From a virus (lineage: Duplodnaviria > Heunggongvirae > Uroviricota > Caudoviricetes), in IMG/VR virus record IMGVR_UViG_3300032007_003791: 64,000 nt of DNA; one strand, written 5' to 3'. Positions 46,784 through 56,074 of this stretch are shown here, in pieces. The notes under the pieces are model-generated. The model saw nothing but the letters and a program-made list of their open reading frames with translations, did not search any database and was not told the DNA's origin. The translations under genes were made by a program, and so were the position numbers. Position 1 is the first letter of the stretch. The number at the start of each line of letters is the position of its first letter.

Positions 46784-46981
46784 GTTATATGTGTTATGTT
46801 GATTATGTCTGTTATTGACCAGGGTCTTTTTTCCTGGCGATATGGTATTTGGCCTTGGGGATTTTCTCAATGGCTTTTGTCAGGACGCGGTATGCGTCGC
46901 TTTCGTGAAAGAATGCTCCGAACTGGTGCATCTCCTGTTGTTTTTCATTTTCAATGATCCACATGTTGATAAGAATTGTTT

Positions 46982-47213
46982 TTGTGTTGTACCTTCGCGT
47001 GATTTCACCACGTGGACGCTCGCGTCCATAAGTGGATGAAATCTAAGCAAGAAGGCACTACACAAAATCCCTTTCTGCAAGGGTTTTTCAGGTAATTACG
47101 ACCACGAGGCCCCCTTGTGGGGCCGAAGCCCTCGCCAGGGGCGAGGGGGCTACTGCCTGGTGGAGAATTCCTGAAAAAAGAGCTCAACGAGCTCACCACT
47201 TGCGGAAAGGGAA
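46982..47213 (-). repeat. intergenic repeat family A, copy 2
   Basis: Near-identical blocks to copies 1 and 3 (cgcgtgatttc.ccacg.g, ggacgc..gcgtcc, ataagtgg.tgaaatctaagcaagaaggcac, ccctttctgcaagggtttt, ctgcctggtggag, gagctcaacgagctc, cacttgcggaaaggga). Confidence 0.7.
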
Positions 47214-47589
47214 CCGGTACAAAGTTGACAGAAAGGGGATAGAAGGGTTGTTATTGGAATGAAGAAGCCCGTTCCCACCGGAAGGCGGGGACGGGCTATA
47301 GAGGAAAAGAATTCTCCGATGAGGTTTCAAAAAGGAGGCCCGGTGAGGGGTCTCCTGAAGGTGATTATTTCTTTTTGATTGTCATTTCCTTAATGGCTTT
47401 TTTCCATTTCAGGAAGAGTCTTTGGGCTTTTGATTTTCTTTTCTTTCTTTCGAAGTTTAGCGGTAATTCTGGAAAGATAAGGTCAGGATTGAGCACCATG
47501 TCCTTGAGCCTTTGTTGGATTAAACTCCATTCAAACTTGCCATGTAGCATGTTTATCGATTCGAAGTTATCGATAGACTTAAAATAGAG

Positions 47590-47676
47590 CAATTTCTTTG
47601 TTGCGAACATCGCGCTGTCTGTGTTTTGACGTACTCCCGCCGGCTAAAGCCGGGGGATTCTTAGATGCTAACGCAT
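47590..47676 (-). ncRNA. putative TnpB RE / omegaRNA 3' region of the solo TnpB
   Basis: Hairpin ccggc-taaa-gccgg within gtactcccgccggctaaagccgggggat (47636-47656), 20-40 nt past the tnpB stop. Same tactcccg-hairpin-gggga layout as the IscB RE. Confidence 0.45.
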
Positions 47677-48803
47677 CAGCCTGCAGTCGCTACGCTCGTG
47701 CAGGTCTTACAAATGCTCTCTAACTCGGCGACGCCCCGTCGATAGATATTCATGGCTGCATGTGCATCACGGAGATGATGCTGTCCACAGACCGGACAGG
47801 TCCAGTCCCTGTCACTTAACTGCAGCCCGGTGTTCTTGTATCCGCAGTCACAGAGTTTCGAGGAAGGGTACCACCGGTCAATCTTGTGGACGGTGGTGCC
47901 ATACTTCGAAGCGATGTATCCCAGCACTTTGACAAAGCCTGTCCAGCCGAGGTCGTTGACTTTCCGTCCCCAATGTTTCATCTTGGCCATGCCGGAGATA
48001 CCGAGGTCCTCGATAAACAGATAATCATACTCCCTGCAGAGCATATGCGCTGTCTTATAGAACCAGTCCGTCCGCTTATTAGCCAGTTCGGCATAGACAT
48101 GGTTTAGTTGTCGGCGATACGCCCAATAATGTGCAGAACCCTTTTCGGACTTAGACAGCAAGCGCTGCCACTTCTGCACCTTGCGAAGAAGTTTCTTATA
48201 GAACTGCGGCGCTTCTATTTCCCGTCCGTCCGAGAAGGTCATGAAGGTCTTGAGTCCGAAGTCTATACCCGCGGATGCACCTGTGTGTGACTTTCCGCAG
48301 GGCTTGGGTTTCGCATCCGTTACGACGAGGATAAACCAGTCGCCGTGTGAACGGAATACCCGGACAATCTTGACCTTGCCCTCCCAGTCCCGTGACTTGA
48401 AGAATTTGAAGCGTTTGGATATCTTGTTGATGATGAATTCGTTGCCGTATAGCTTATACCCGTCTTGTTTGAAGACGAACGAGGTGAAATCCTTTGCTTT
48501 TCTGAACTTCGGCGGACGTTTGTTCGTATGGTTGAAAAACAGATGGAAAGCATTGTCCTGTCGCTGCAAAATTTCCTGTACGGTCTGTGCGCCAAGTCTT
48601 GTTCTTGCAACATGCATTTTAAAGTGGTGTTGTATTCTTTTGCAGCTGATGTATTTTACTTCCCACCCAAAAGTCTTTGCCAGGGAGTAATAGCGTTTTT
48701 GCAGGGCGAGAGCATGATTCCAAACAAACGCAGCCTCAGACATCATGTGTTCAAGGGCGATGAGTTTCTTGCTATGGCAGAGTTTGTACTTGTTTGAAAT
48801 CAT
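47676..48803 (-). CDS. tnpB: TnpB (solo; no tnpA)
   Basis: 375 aa; RuvC-I GIDFGLKTF, RuvC-II FIEDLGISGM, zinc finger CDCGY...CPVCG, RuvC-III DAHAAMNI. Confidence 0.85.
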   Translation of the reverse strand: MISNKYKLCHSKKLIALEHMMSEAAFVWNHALALQKRYYSLAKTFGWEVKYISCKRIQHHFKMHVARTRLGAQTVQEILQRQDNAFHLFFNHTNKRPPKFRKAKDFTSFVFKQDGYKLYGNEFIINKISKRFKFFKSRDWEGKVKIVRVFRSHGDWFILVVTDAKPKPCGKSHTGASAGIDFGLKTFMTFSDGREIEAPQFYKKLLRKVQKWQRLLSKSEKGSAHYWAYRRQLNHVYAELANKRTDWFYKTAHMLCREYDYLFIEDLGISGMAKMKHWGRKVNDLGWTGFVKVLGYIASKYGTTVHKIDRWYPSSKLCDCGYKNTGLQLSDRDWTCPVCGQHHLRDAHAAMNIYRRGVAELESICKTCTSVATAG

Positions 48804-49512
48804 ACGTTATTCATCTGACACAAAGTCAAGGTCAATGCTTTTTCTGTGTCCTATCTGGAGGGACAGGGCGGTTCCCCCGACCAGAAGGTAGTCTTTTAGT
48901 GCTGGTTCGGAGCTCAGGCGTTTCAGCAGTTCCAACGTGTAGGGTTCTACTGTGGTATAATGGAGCATTTCAGGTCTTTGTCTTTTAGATTGAAAGCAAA
49001 TTTCACGAAGTTTTTATCTACATCGGACATTTGTGGGATTTGTCGGATGAGTTTGATAATCTTTCTTGGTCCTCCATAGAGCTGCAGCAGGGCGTATCAG
49101 TCGTTCCTGTTTCCGAGTTCAATGACCCTTCGGGTGACAGTTATGGAAATGTTGTTCCATTGGTTTTCAGTGAATCCGTCAGTGTCGTATTCCCAGAGGA
49201 GTTTCTTTGGGATGACTTGATGTGGATATGTTTTCCAATCGTTGAAGAGCATGACAGATTGTCGTATTATTTGTTGCAAATATAGTGTTTCTTGTCCAAT
49301 TCAAAAAATGTGCTGGTTGTTCCTACTGTCATATCAGTAATAAAAAGTGCGACCTTTTTGCACTTTATCTTCAAAAATTTCCGAGATAAAGTACGTTTAG
49401 CTCGCACTTTTTTAGGATAATAAGTGGGAATCCTCCCTGGTTTTAACCGGGAGATGAAAGCGTCTTTGATTTTTGAGAGGTGATATATTTCACCACGGTC
49501 TTTTCCGATACG

Positions 49513-49537
49513 GATGCTCCCTGTCTTTAGACGGGAG
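49513..49537 (-). repeat. solo copy of the IscB-element LE hairpin sequence
   Basis: atgctccctgtctttagacgggagt is identical over 25 nt to 4945-4969; flanking sequence differs. Lies directly after the stop of ORF 49557..49853. Confidence 0.7.
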
Positions 49538-49556
49538 TATATCACGTCTGTGTAGT

Positions 49557-49853
49557 TCACAAATCCTTGAACCAGACTGTAATCACCTGCGGAATATCGT
49601 TCATCTTGACGCATCCTCCGCAGGTGATTCCCGCGACGCTCAGCGGCGTTTCTTTTGGGTTTTCTACGATTCCTCCGTCTTTGTCGATGTGACGGAATCC
49701 CCAGTCGTACAGGACGTCGGATGGATAATAGTTTGCCCCGCCGTATTGGTATTTGTATTTCTCTGGACATCCAAGTAGTACTGCCGTGAAGTATGAAAGT
49801 GCGAGATGGACTTTGCATTCCATTTCGTTTACCTGTTTCTGCAGTTTTTTCAT
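49557..49853 (-). CDS. hypothetical protein
   Basis: 98 aa ORF. Confidence 0.4.
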   Translation of the reverse strand: MKKLQKQVNEMECKVHLALSYFTAVLLGCPEKYKYQYGGANYYPSDVLYDWGFRHIDKDGGIVENPKETPLSVAGITCGGCVKMNDIPQVITVWFKDL

Positions 49854-49870
49854 GGCATGATGAATTCTAA

Positions 49871-50308
49871 TTATTTCCGGTTGAAGGCTTCTTCCAGGAA
49901 AGAGGCGAGCGTCTCGGTTGCGAAGGCTTTAGCCTCATCTTCGGGCAGTTCGGGAAGCTCGATGTCGCAGTATTCACTGTTTAGGATGTCGCCGTTCCGG
50001 TCGTAGATGAAGACCTCATACCAGTTGTTGTTGATGATATCGGTGTTTTCCGGCCAGGAGGACTGGTCATTCATCTTGCCGGAGCGGATGAATTCGGTCA
50101 GTTCGTCCGGGTACTGGGAAGCGTCTTTGTAGATTTGGTCTTTCCAAAGGATACGGACGTCACCTATGACGCGGACGATGACCGTCCATAGACCGTTGTC
50201 GAACTTGGCTTCGATGACTTTCTGATTCTTGGAGAGGAGGAGTGAGTCCGTGATGGTCTTTCGGATGTTTTCAGGGAGCATCCAGAAGGAGTCGATGGTG
50301 TGTTTCAT
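49871..50308 (-). CDS. hypothetical protein
   Basis: 145 aa ORF. Confidence 0.45.
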   Translation of the reverse strand: MKHTIDSFWMLPENIRKTITDSLLLSKNQKVIEAKFDNGLWTVIVRVIGDVRILWKDQIYKDASQYPDELTEFIRSGKMNDQSSWPENTDIINNNWYEVFIYDRNGDILNSEYCDIELPELPEDEAKAFATETLASFLEEAFNRK

Positions 50309-50526
50309 GGCTAAAGTTCTTCTGTGATTTCGGCAATGCCGTGTGCGGTTTCGTATTCCATATCATCTTTGGGAGATTCTTCATAGACGGAAGCGAGTTC
50401 CCGGAGAAAGTCCGCGACGTGTCCTTTGTCGCAGGTGATTTCGATTCTCATTTGTTCCATAGGCGTGTGGTGATTTTGTGTTTATACCTGCACTCTATGA
50501 ATGAGCGCAGGCGGTTGTCAATGGTG

Positions 50527-51402
50527 TCAATGTGATTCTTTGCAAGGACGCACGGAGAAGCTATAGGAGCGGTAGACTTTGTACAGGGGGTACACGTCGC
50601 CCGAGTCGAAGGCCAGGTAGTGCGCGCTGGACTGGCCGTGTGGCATCCGTGTCCAGTAGTTTCCCTCGTCATCCTTAGCTGTTGCTTCCGGAGAGTGCAA
50701 GGTGTAACCTGCAGCTGGGAGGAAGATGTTGTTACCGTTGGGCCCAGTAATGTCTAGGCCCTTCTTCTCGTCGTTCCAGGCGCATTTGCATTCTTCGATG
50801 AGCTCCGCCATGGCTAAGCCCTTGGGAAGCAGCTCGCCGAAGGTGTCTACGGCCTCGTCGAAAGTATAGTAGCCAGGGGCGTTATCTGTGGCCCAGATGC
50901 GGCCGGAAGGGAGACCGAGGTCGATGAAGGTGAACGCTTCGGGATCAAAGGTGCTCTTTGTGAGTTTCACCGGGTTCAAAACAGCGGAGTCGTCATTGAG
51001 TTTCTTTTCGGCCTCATCATAGATGAGCTTGAGAAGGGCGAGGTTCTGGAATGCCCACGAATGGTCAATAGGCTCAAGCCGCATGGTTTCGGTTTTGTCA
51101 AGAAGGAAACAGGTGTTTGTGTTTTCGTCGATCTCCGTTACATCGTGGATGGTCTGGTCAAGGTGGTCGTAATCGACTCTCTGGATGGTGGCTTCCACGT
51201 AGTGGCCGTCTTCGGTCAACGTGACGCTTTTCACGAGGAACCCGTCAGGAAGGTCCGAATCGGGATTGAGGAAATAGTGCATCTTGTTGATGACTATGGT
51301 CCTGTTTTCCCAAGGGATGAGACGGAGGAGACCGCAGATGATTTCTCTCTGGGCGCGGTTAAGGACTTCCGTTGTGGAAATGATTTGTTTGGATTTTGCC
51401 AT
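50527..51402 (-). CDS. hypothetical protein
   Basis: 291 aa ORF. Confidence 0.45.
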   Translation of the reverse strand: MAKSKQIISTTEVLNRAQREIICGLLRLIPWENRTIVINKMHYFLNPDSDLPDGFLVKSVTLTEDGHYVEATIQRVDYDHLDQTIHDVTEIDENTNTCFLLDKTETMRLEPIDHSWAFQNLALLKLIYDEAEKKLNDDSAVLNPVKLTKSTFDPEAFTFIDLGLPSGRIWATDNAPGYYTFDEAVDTFGELLPKGLAMAELIEECKCAWNDEKKGLDITGPNGNNIFLPAAGYTLHSPEATAKDDEGNYWTRMPHGQSSAHYLAFDSGDVYPLYKVYRSYSFSVRPCKESH

Positions 51403-51423
51403 GGTGTTGTTTATAGGTGGGTT

Positions 51424-51975
51424 TTACACTGATTCTCCGCAGTCGGTGACGTCCGTGATTTCGATGCCGTCTTCGATGGTGTGACGGTGTGCCAGGGCGT
51501 CGTTGATGACTTTGTTGACGGCCGCCTCGACGGCATCATCAACACTGTCGTTCTTGGAGGTGTCGAATTGACCGTCGATACGGATGACACGGTAAATGGT
51601 GAAAGATTGTTTCTTGTCTTCTTTCCAGGCGGAAAGAAGTTCCTGCATCATGTGCTTGCACTCTTCCATGTCCTTGATGACATCCATGGGGTCGTTCGGT
51701 GCTCCTTTCTGGCCATGTCCGTTTCGAATCCAGAGCTGGGCTTCTTCGAACGGGCTGTATCCTTCGATGTAGTTTTCAAGGGACTCGATGAGTGTTTCTG
51801 CTTTTTCTTCTCCTTCTTTTCCACTTTCCAGAGAAGGGCAGAAATCCTGTCCGGCGGAAGAAAACTTTGCGATTTGATAACCTGTCTGGTTGCCCCCGAA
51901 GTCTTCTTTGGTTACTTCCCAGCCAAGGTCTTCTGCGATCTTGATGAGGTCTTTGATGGTGAATTTCTTTTTCAT
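51424..51975 (-). CDS. hypothetical protein
   Basis: 183 aa ORF. Confidence 0.45.
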   Translation of the reverse strand: MKKKFTIKDLIKIAEDLGWEVTKEDFGGNQTGYQIAKFSSAGQDFCPSLESGKEGEEKAETLIESLENYIEGYSPFEEAQLWIRNGHGQKGAPNDPMDVIKDMEECKHMMQELLSAWKEDKKQSFTIYRVIRIDGQFDTSKNDSVDDAVEAAVNKVINDALAHRHTIEDGIEITDVTDCGESV

Positions 51976-51987
51976 GGGTGATAGTGG

Positions 51988-52329
51988 TTATTTTTCAAGG
52001 GAGAATCTGTAACATTTTTCCTGGTAGGAATGACTGTTGCACCAGGGATTGCGTTTGAAACGGTTCTTGCACCGTGCGCAGCAAGGTCCGGAGTGATATA
52101 CTCTTTTTTCGTTGTCGAATACAGGATATGGGTTTGTGAATAGTTGCGGAGGCGGATTGTTGGTGCCGAGCATTACCTGGCGGAGCTGTGCATCATCGGG
52201 CTTTTCGCATTCTTCGTATTCATATCCGGCTTTGGAGAGCGCCTGTTGAGCTTTTTCAACCTGGTCGTCTTCGACGGCGATAACGACGTTGATGTTCTTT
52301 CCGTTCTGTGTAAGTCTGTAGTATTTCAT
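51988..52329 (-). CDS. hypothetical protein
   Basis: 113 aa ORF. Confidence 0.4.
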   Translation of the reverse strand: MKYYRLTQNGKNINVVIAVEDDQVEKAQQALSKAGYEYEECEKPDDAQLRQVMLGTNNPPPQLFTNPYPVFDNEKRVYHSGPCCARCKNRFKRNPWCNSHSYQEKCYRFSLEK

Positions 52330-52340
52330 ACGAGTTGTGG

Positions 52341-53045
52341 TTAGTCCTCATCCAGGCAATTCCCGACATTGCCATAGATGCAGTCCATGAAGTCATTGAG
52401 GGTGATGAGGTCCTGGGACATGCTTTCCCAGTCGAGGACATGAGTGTTGTCGTTCGGGTCGTTGGTCTCTCCGGCTTCGACTCTCAGTTTTCCATCTTCT
52501 CCGAGCATGGCTTTGTGGCAATAAAGCATTGCTTCCGGACCGATGAAGAAATAAGGGTTCTTGCCGAAATCGTACTCCGTGAGGTCGATAGGAGATTCTT
52601 TAAGGCGTTTTAAGGTATCCTGATGTGCCGTAGTCTCTTGGAAATCGAGCCACGTCTTCAGGGCTTTTTGGAAGCGTTGGTAACGGGCTTTCGGCGTAGC
52701 TTCTTCCGGGGTAAGGATGTCTTTGAATTCCGGCCACTCGATGTCGGCTTCTATGGTTTCGCGTTTATCACCGCAGAAGCGGGCGACCCAGTTATCGTCT
52801 CGGTTTTCGCCTTCCCCAATGAGTTCGATGACTACTCCAGGGTGTTTTTTAGCAACGAATGCAACATCTTCGACAGCGTTGCTCCATTTACACTCATCAA
52901 GCCGGGCTTCATCATCGTTGATAGAATCGAAAGTATAGCCGGACTTGGTTTCAATCTCATCGAAGATACGTTTGTTTTCGTTAAGTGTTTCTGCAGATTC
53001 GATTTCCCTGCAGATGTTTATTACAAAGTTTGTAAGGTATCCCAT
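52341..53045 (-). CDS. hypothetical protein
   Basis: 234 aa ORF. Confidence 0.45.
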   Translation of the reverse strand: MGYLTNFVINICREIESAETLNENKRIFDEIETKSGYTFDSINDDEARLDECKWSNAVEDVAFVAKKHPGVVIELIGEGENRDDNWVARFCGDKRETIEADIEWPEFKDILTPEEATPKARYQRFQKALKTWLDFQETTAHQDTLKRLKESPIDLTEYDFGKNPYFFIGPEAMLYCHKAMLGEDGKLRVEAGETNDPNDNTHVLDWESMSQDLITLNDFMDCIYGNVGNCLDED

Positions 53046-53060
53046 GATGTTTGTTTTTTT

Positions 53061-53534
53061 TTAGATAGAGGCCCAATAGGGTTGAAGTTCTTTGTAGAGT
53101 TCCTTGTAGGTTTTGCCGTAGAGGTGGTCCCACAAGGTTCTGAAGGCTTTGCCGGTTTTTGCGGCAAGGAATGCGGTGATGTCCTGAACGCACTGGAAAG
53201 TGGCTTTACTGTCGAACTGGTGTCTCAGCCGGTCAACGGTGTACTGTGTGAGCCTCTTTGTCGGGTCGTAGGCGGAACCGTCGAAGAAGGTTAGGCAGGA
53301 AAGGATTTCCTGTTCTTCGAGGTAGTCTCCGTTTTCGTCGATGAAATTGTCAACGGCCTCTTCTTTGATGGAATTATCGAAGATGATGTTTGCGTCGGGG
53401 TCGTTTCGTTTTGCCGTTTTTATTGCCGTGTTGAGACGGCGATGCGTTGACAGAAGGAGGAAAGGGCGTCCGAGTCTCCGGTCGGTGATGAGAAGCTCGT
53501 AGTAGCCCGCATAGAGGTAAAACTTACGTTTCAT
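53061..53534 (-). CDS. hypothetical protein
   Basis: 157 aa ORF. Confidence 0.4.
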   Translation of the reverse strand: MKRKFYLYAGYYELLITDRRLGRPFLLLSTHRRLNTAIKTAKRNDPDANIIFDNSIKEEAVDNFIDENGDYLEEQEILSCLTFFDGSAYDPTKRLTQYTVDRLRHQFDSKATFQCVQDITAFLAAKTGKAFRTLWDHLYGKTYKELYKELQPYWASI

Positions 53535-53731
53535 TTTCGGCTTTTTTTGAGTTGTTTTTCGAGGGCGTAACCTTTTTTCTTGGGAAGGGTGATGGTTTCT
53601 CCAGTCACAAGCGTCAGTTTGTAGTCGTACACGAGTTGGTTCTTTTCTTTGCGTACGTTCTGAAACGCTTCAAGTGTCTTGATGTTTTCGGGTTCGATGT
53701 TACGGTTGCCGATTTTTAATGGTTTTGTCAT
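53531..53731 (-). CDS. hypothetical small protein
   Basis: 66 aa ORF with a 4-nt overlap with the upstream gene. Confidence 0.3.
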   Translation of the reverse strand: MTKPLKIGNRNIEPENIKTLEAFQNVRKEKNQLVYDYKLTLVTGETITLPKKKGYALEKQLKKSRK

Positions 53732-53749
53732 GGAGCTAATTTATTTCGT

Positions 53750-54334
53750 TTATGAAACAGTTTCCACTTCGTGAACCCAGATATAAGATTCGTTCTCGGA
53801 GACCTCCTGCAGTTCGTTGCGTTCCTTGCAGAGTTTCATCGCCTGTTCCCAGGTGGTTGTCTCCGGGTCGAGGTCGAGCTTGTCGCAGAGGACGTGGAGG
53901 GCCTCTTCGTAGGTATAGTATTCCGTCCCTTCGTCCTCAGTGTCGATGATGACGCGCTCGGGGAAAATCTCGCCCGTGGCGTCGTTCGTTTCGAAGATTC
54001 CGTTACCGATTTCTTCAGAAATGAAAACGATTTCCAGGTCGGGGTACTTGTTCCTGATAAGGTCTTCGACTTCGTTGCACCGGCTCCAGGCGGTCGAGGT
54101 GTTGAAGTGGAGGTCACCGCCTTTTATCCTGAGGTTCGACCATTCGCCCCGGCAGTAGACGGTGTGCCAGTCGACACCCAGGCGGCTGACGAGGTTTCCG
54201 AGCCAGGTTTCGCCGAAGCCGTTCGGAAGGAGGGATTCTTTTCTGTTCTGGAGGCGTTTCATGCGGTCGTAGAGGCTGCGGACGTCGTTTTTAGGACCAG
54301 AGATTACATACGAGGTTGTACACCAGTTGGGCAT
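53750..54334 (-). CDS. hypothetical protein
   Basis: 194 aa ORF. Confidence 0.4.
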   Translation of the reverse strand: MPNWCTTSYVISGPKNDVRSLYDRMKRLQNRKESLLPNGFGETWLGNLVSRLGVDWHTVYCRGEWSNLRIKGGDLHFNTSTAWSRCNEVEDLIRNKYPDLEIVFISEEIGNGIFETNDATGEIFPERVIIDTEDEGTEYYTYEEALHVLCDKLDLDPETTTWEQAMKLCKERNELQEVSENESYIWVHEVETVS

Positions 54335-54352
54335 AATTGTTAGGATTTGATG

Positions 54353-54982
54353 TTACATCTCCATCCAGCGGTACTTCCGGAAGGTGACGGTTTCAATTTC
54401 CGGGTGGTCTTTCAGGATATTGGAAATGGTGTTGGAGATGTAGGCTGTTTCTTTTTTTGATTCTGCATTGAAACCGTCAGTTTTCAGTGATTCGACGTTT
54501 TCGTGGTTGATGACGGGATAGTTGATAAATCGGCCGGGCATTTCATGGTAGCATTTTTCCATTTCCTCGTTTGTGGTGAAGGAAAAATCTATTGTATTAC
54601 CCCTGCGGCGGAATCCGACGAAGACGAAGTCACGTTCATCGACGTCATTCAGTGTGTATCCTGGATAGGGTTCGTTATTGTCGCAGCACAGTTCCGAGCC
54701 GTACATGTATCCTGTCTGTCCGTCAGGGAGTTTTACTTCCGAGAGGAGTTTCGTTCCGTCTGTACGGCAAGAGTGCCAGAGACAGGTTGCGTCATTTTTT
54801 TCGATTGCGGGGTCCCAGCCAAAGTTCCATGTCAGGTGTTCAAAAAAGTCCTGAATCATTTCATCGTCCAGAACTTTTTTGCCTGGGTATTTCTGCTGGC
54901 AAAATTTGTCCAGTATTGTCTGTTCTCCTTCTTTGGTGTTCGTGTTGGCGTATGCCAGGATGGGTATAATCGTTCCAGCCAT
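54353..54982 (-). CDS. hypothetical protein
   Basis: Start trimmed to MAGTIIPILAY; the longer track ORF runs into repeat A copy 3. Confidence 0.45.
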   Translation of the reverse strand: MAGTIIPILAYANTNTKEGEQTILDKFCQQKYPGKKVLDDEMIQDFFEHLTWNFGWDPAIEKNDATCLWHSCRTDGTKLLSEVKLPDGQTGYMYGSELCCDNNEPYPGYTLNDVDERDFVFVGFRRRGNTIDFSFTTNEEMEKCYHEMPGRFINYPVINHENVESLKTDGFNAESKKETAYISNTISNILKDHPEIETVTFRKYRWMEM

Positions 54983-54992
54983 GATTAAATGT

Positions 54993-55229
54993 TTTTTGTT
55001 GTACCTTCGCGTGATTTCCCCACGCGTGGAAGCTTGCTTCCCAAAGTGGGTGAAATCTAAGCAAGAAGGCACTACAAAAAATCCCTTTCTGCAAGGGTTT
55101 TTCAGGTAATTACGACCACGAGGCCCCCTTTGGGGCCGAAGCCCTCGCCACCTTGGGGCGAGGGGGCTACTGCCTGGTGGAGAATTCCTGAAAAAAGAGC
55201 TCAACGAGCTCACCACTTGCGGAAAGGGA
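54993..55229 (-). repeat. intergenic repeat family A, copy 3
   Basis: Same conserved blocks as copies 1 and 2. The ggaCgc..gcGtcc hairpin is replaced by ggaAgc-tt-gcTtcc, a compensatory double change. Confidence 0.7.
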
Positions 55230-55252
55230 TACCGATGCAGCGATAGCCCTTG

Positions 55253-55999
55253 TCAGGCTTCGTTGTGACAGAAGAGCATGTACTCGTTGATGGCATCGAC
55301 AAGGACTTTGAGCTCACGTGTCTTGAGGTCCTTGAGCCAGAACCAGTGGGGTTCTCTTTTGTCGTCCGGGGTGTATGTCTGGACTTCTTTTGGGGTGATC
55401 TGTATGACCACCTCGTTGTTCTGCAGTCTCGGCCGGGGGAACCCGTGTTCGAAGGCGAAGTTGCCGTCTTTCCCGATGAAGTTCCTGATGGCCGCCTGAA
55501 GCGTAGCTGAGGAATAATCGGAACAGGTTATCTGGTTGTTTTTCTGGAAGCGTTCGACGTAATCCGTCACTTTGCAGAGGAGGATGTCCGGGCTCGACAG
55601 CGTGTAGTTGTCCTGGCCGTTTTCATCCTTTCCCAGGAAGAATTCCGTCCCGGAATCATCGTAGGCCGTCAGGGCGCCGGACTCTTTGTCAAGGGATACC
55701 TTGACGATGAGGAAGGCGCCGTATTCGCCGGAGATATTGTTGACGTTGTAACAGCGGGGTTCCAGGATGTCATAGGTGAGGTCGATGAAATCCAGGCGGG
55801 ATTTCTTCATCAGGTCGATGATGGCCTTGATGCAGGCCCCATAGGCTTTGAGGAAGTCCTTACGGGCGTTCTTTGCGGTTTGGATAGGAAGGTTCGGCAT
55901 GTCGTGAGTGATATTTGGTTGGTTTTCTAATTGCTTGCCCAGATTTTGGGCTTGTCTATAAGCTCGCTTAAAAGAATTCTTTAGTTGGTTTAATTGCAA
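55253..55999 (-). CDS. hypothetical protein
   Basis: 248 aa ORF. Confidence 0.45.
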   Translation of the reverse strand: MQLNQLKNSFKRAYRQAQNLGKQLENQPNITHDMPNLPIQTAKNARKDFLKAYGACIKAIIDLMKKSRLDFIDLTYDILEPRCYNVNNISGEYGAFLIVKVSLDKESGALTAYDDSGTEFFLGKDENGQDNYTLSSPDILLCKVTDYVERFQKNNQITCSDYSSATLQAAIRNFIGKDGNFAFEHGFPRPRLQNNEVVIQITPKEVQTYTPDDKREPHWFWLKDLKTRELKVLVDAINEYMLFCHNEA

Positions 56000-56074
56000 A
56001 TTACACGTTATTCGCTGATAATCAGTATATTAACGCGTTGTTTCATTTAATTAAACTACAATTTCGCTTAAAAG

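Noticed and set aside
47365-47610. 81-aa Lys-rich ORF just downstream of the solo tnpB
   Set aside because: It lies where the TnpB RE/omegaRNA and guide flank are expected. It could be real but has no support. It is left uncalled and flagged only here.
49267-49818. 183-aa minus-strand ORF rich in Arg (RRRNRRKPKRNAAERRGNHLRR)
   Set aside because: It has low-complexity basic composition and overlaps the better ORF 49557..49853 in another frame. It spans the solo LE-hairpin region, so it is likely noncoding.
54983-55216. N-terminal 78-aa extension of ORF 54353..55216 and the related 64-aa ORF 47005..47199 (MVSSLSSFFRNSPPGSSPLAP...)
   Set aside because: Both are translations of repeat family A copies; the same peptide appears only because the DNA repeat is conserved. 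The real gene starts at MAGTIIPILAY (54982).
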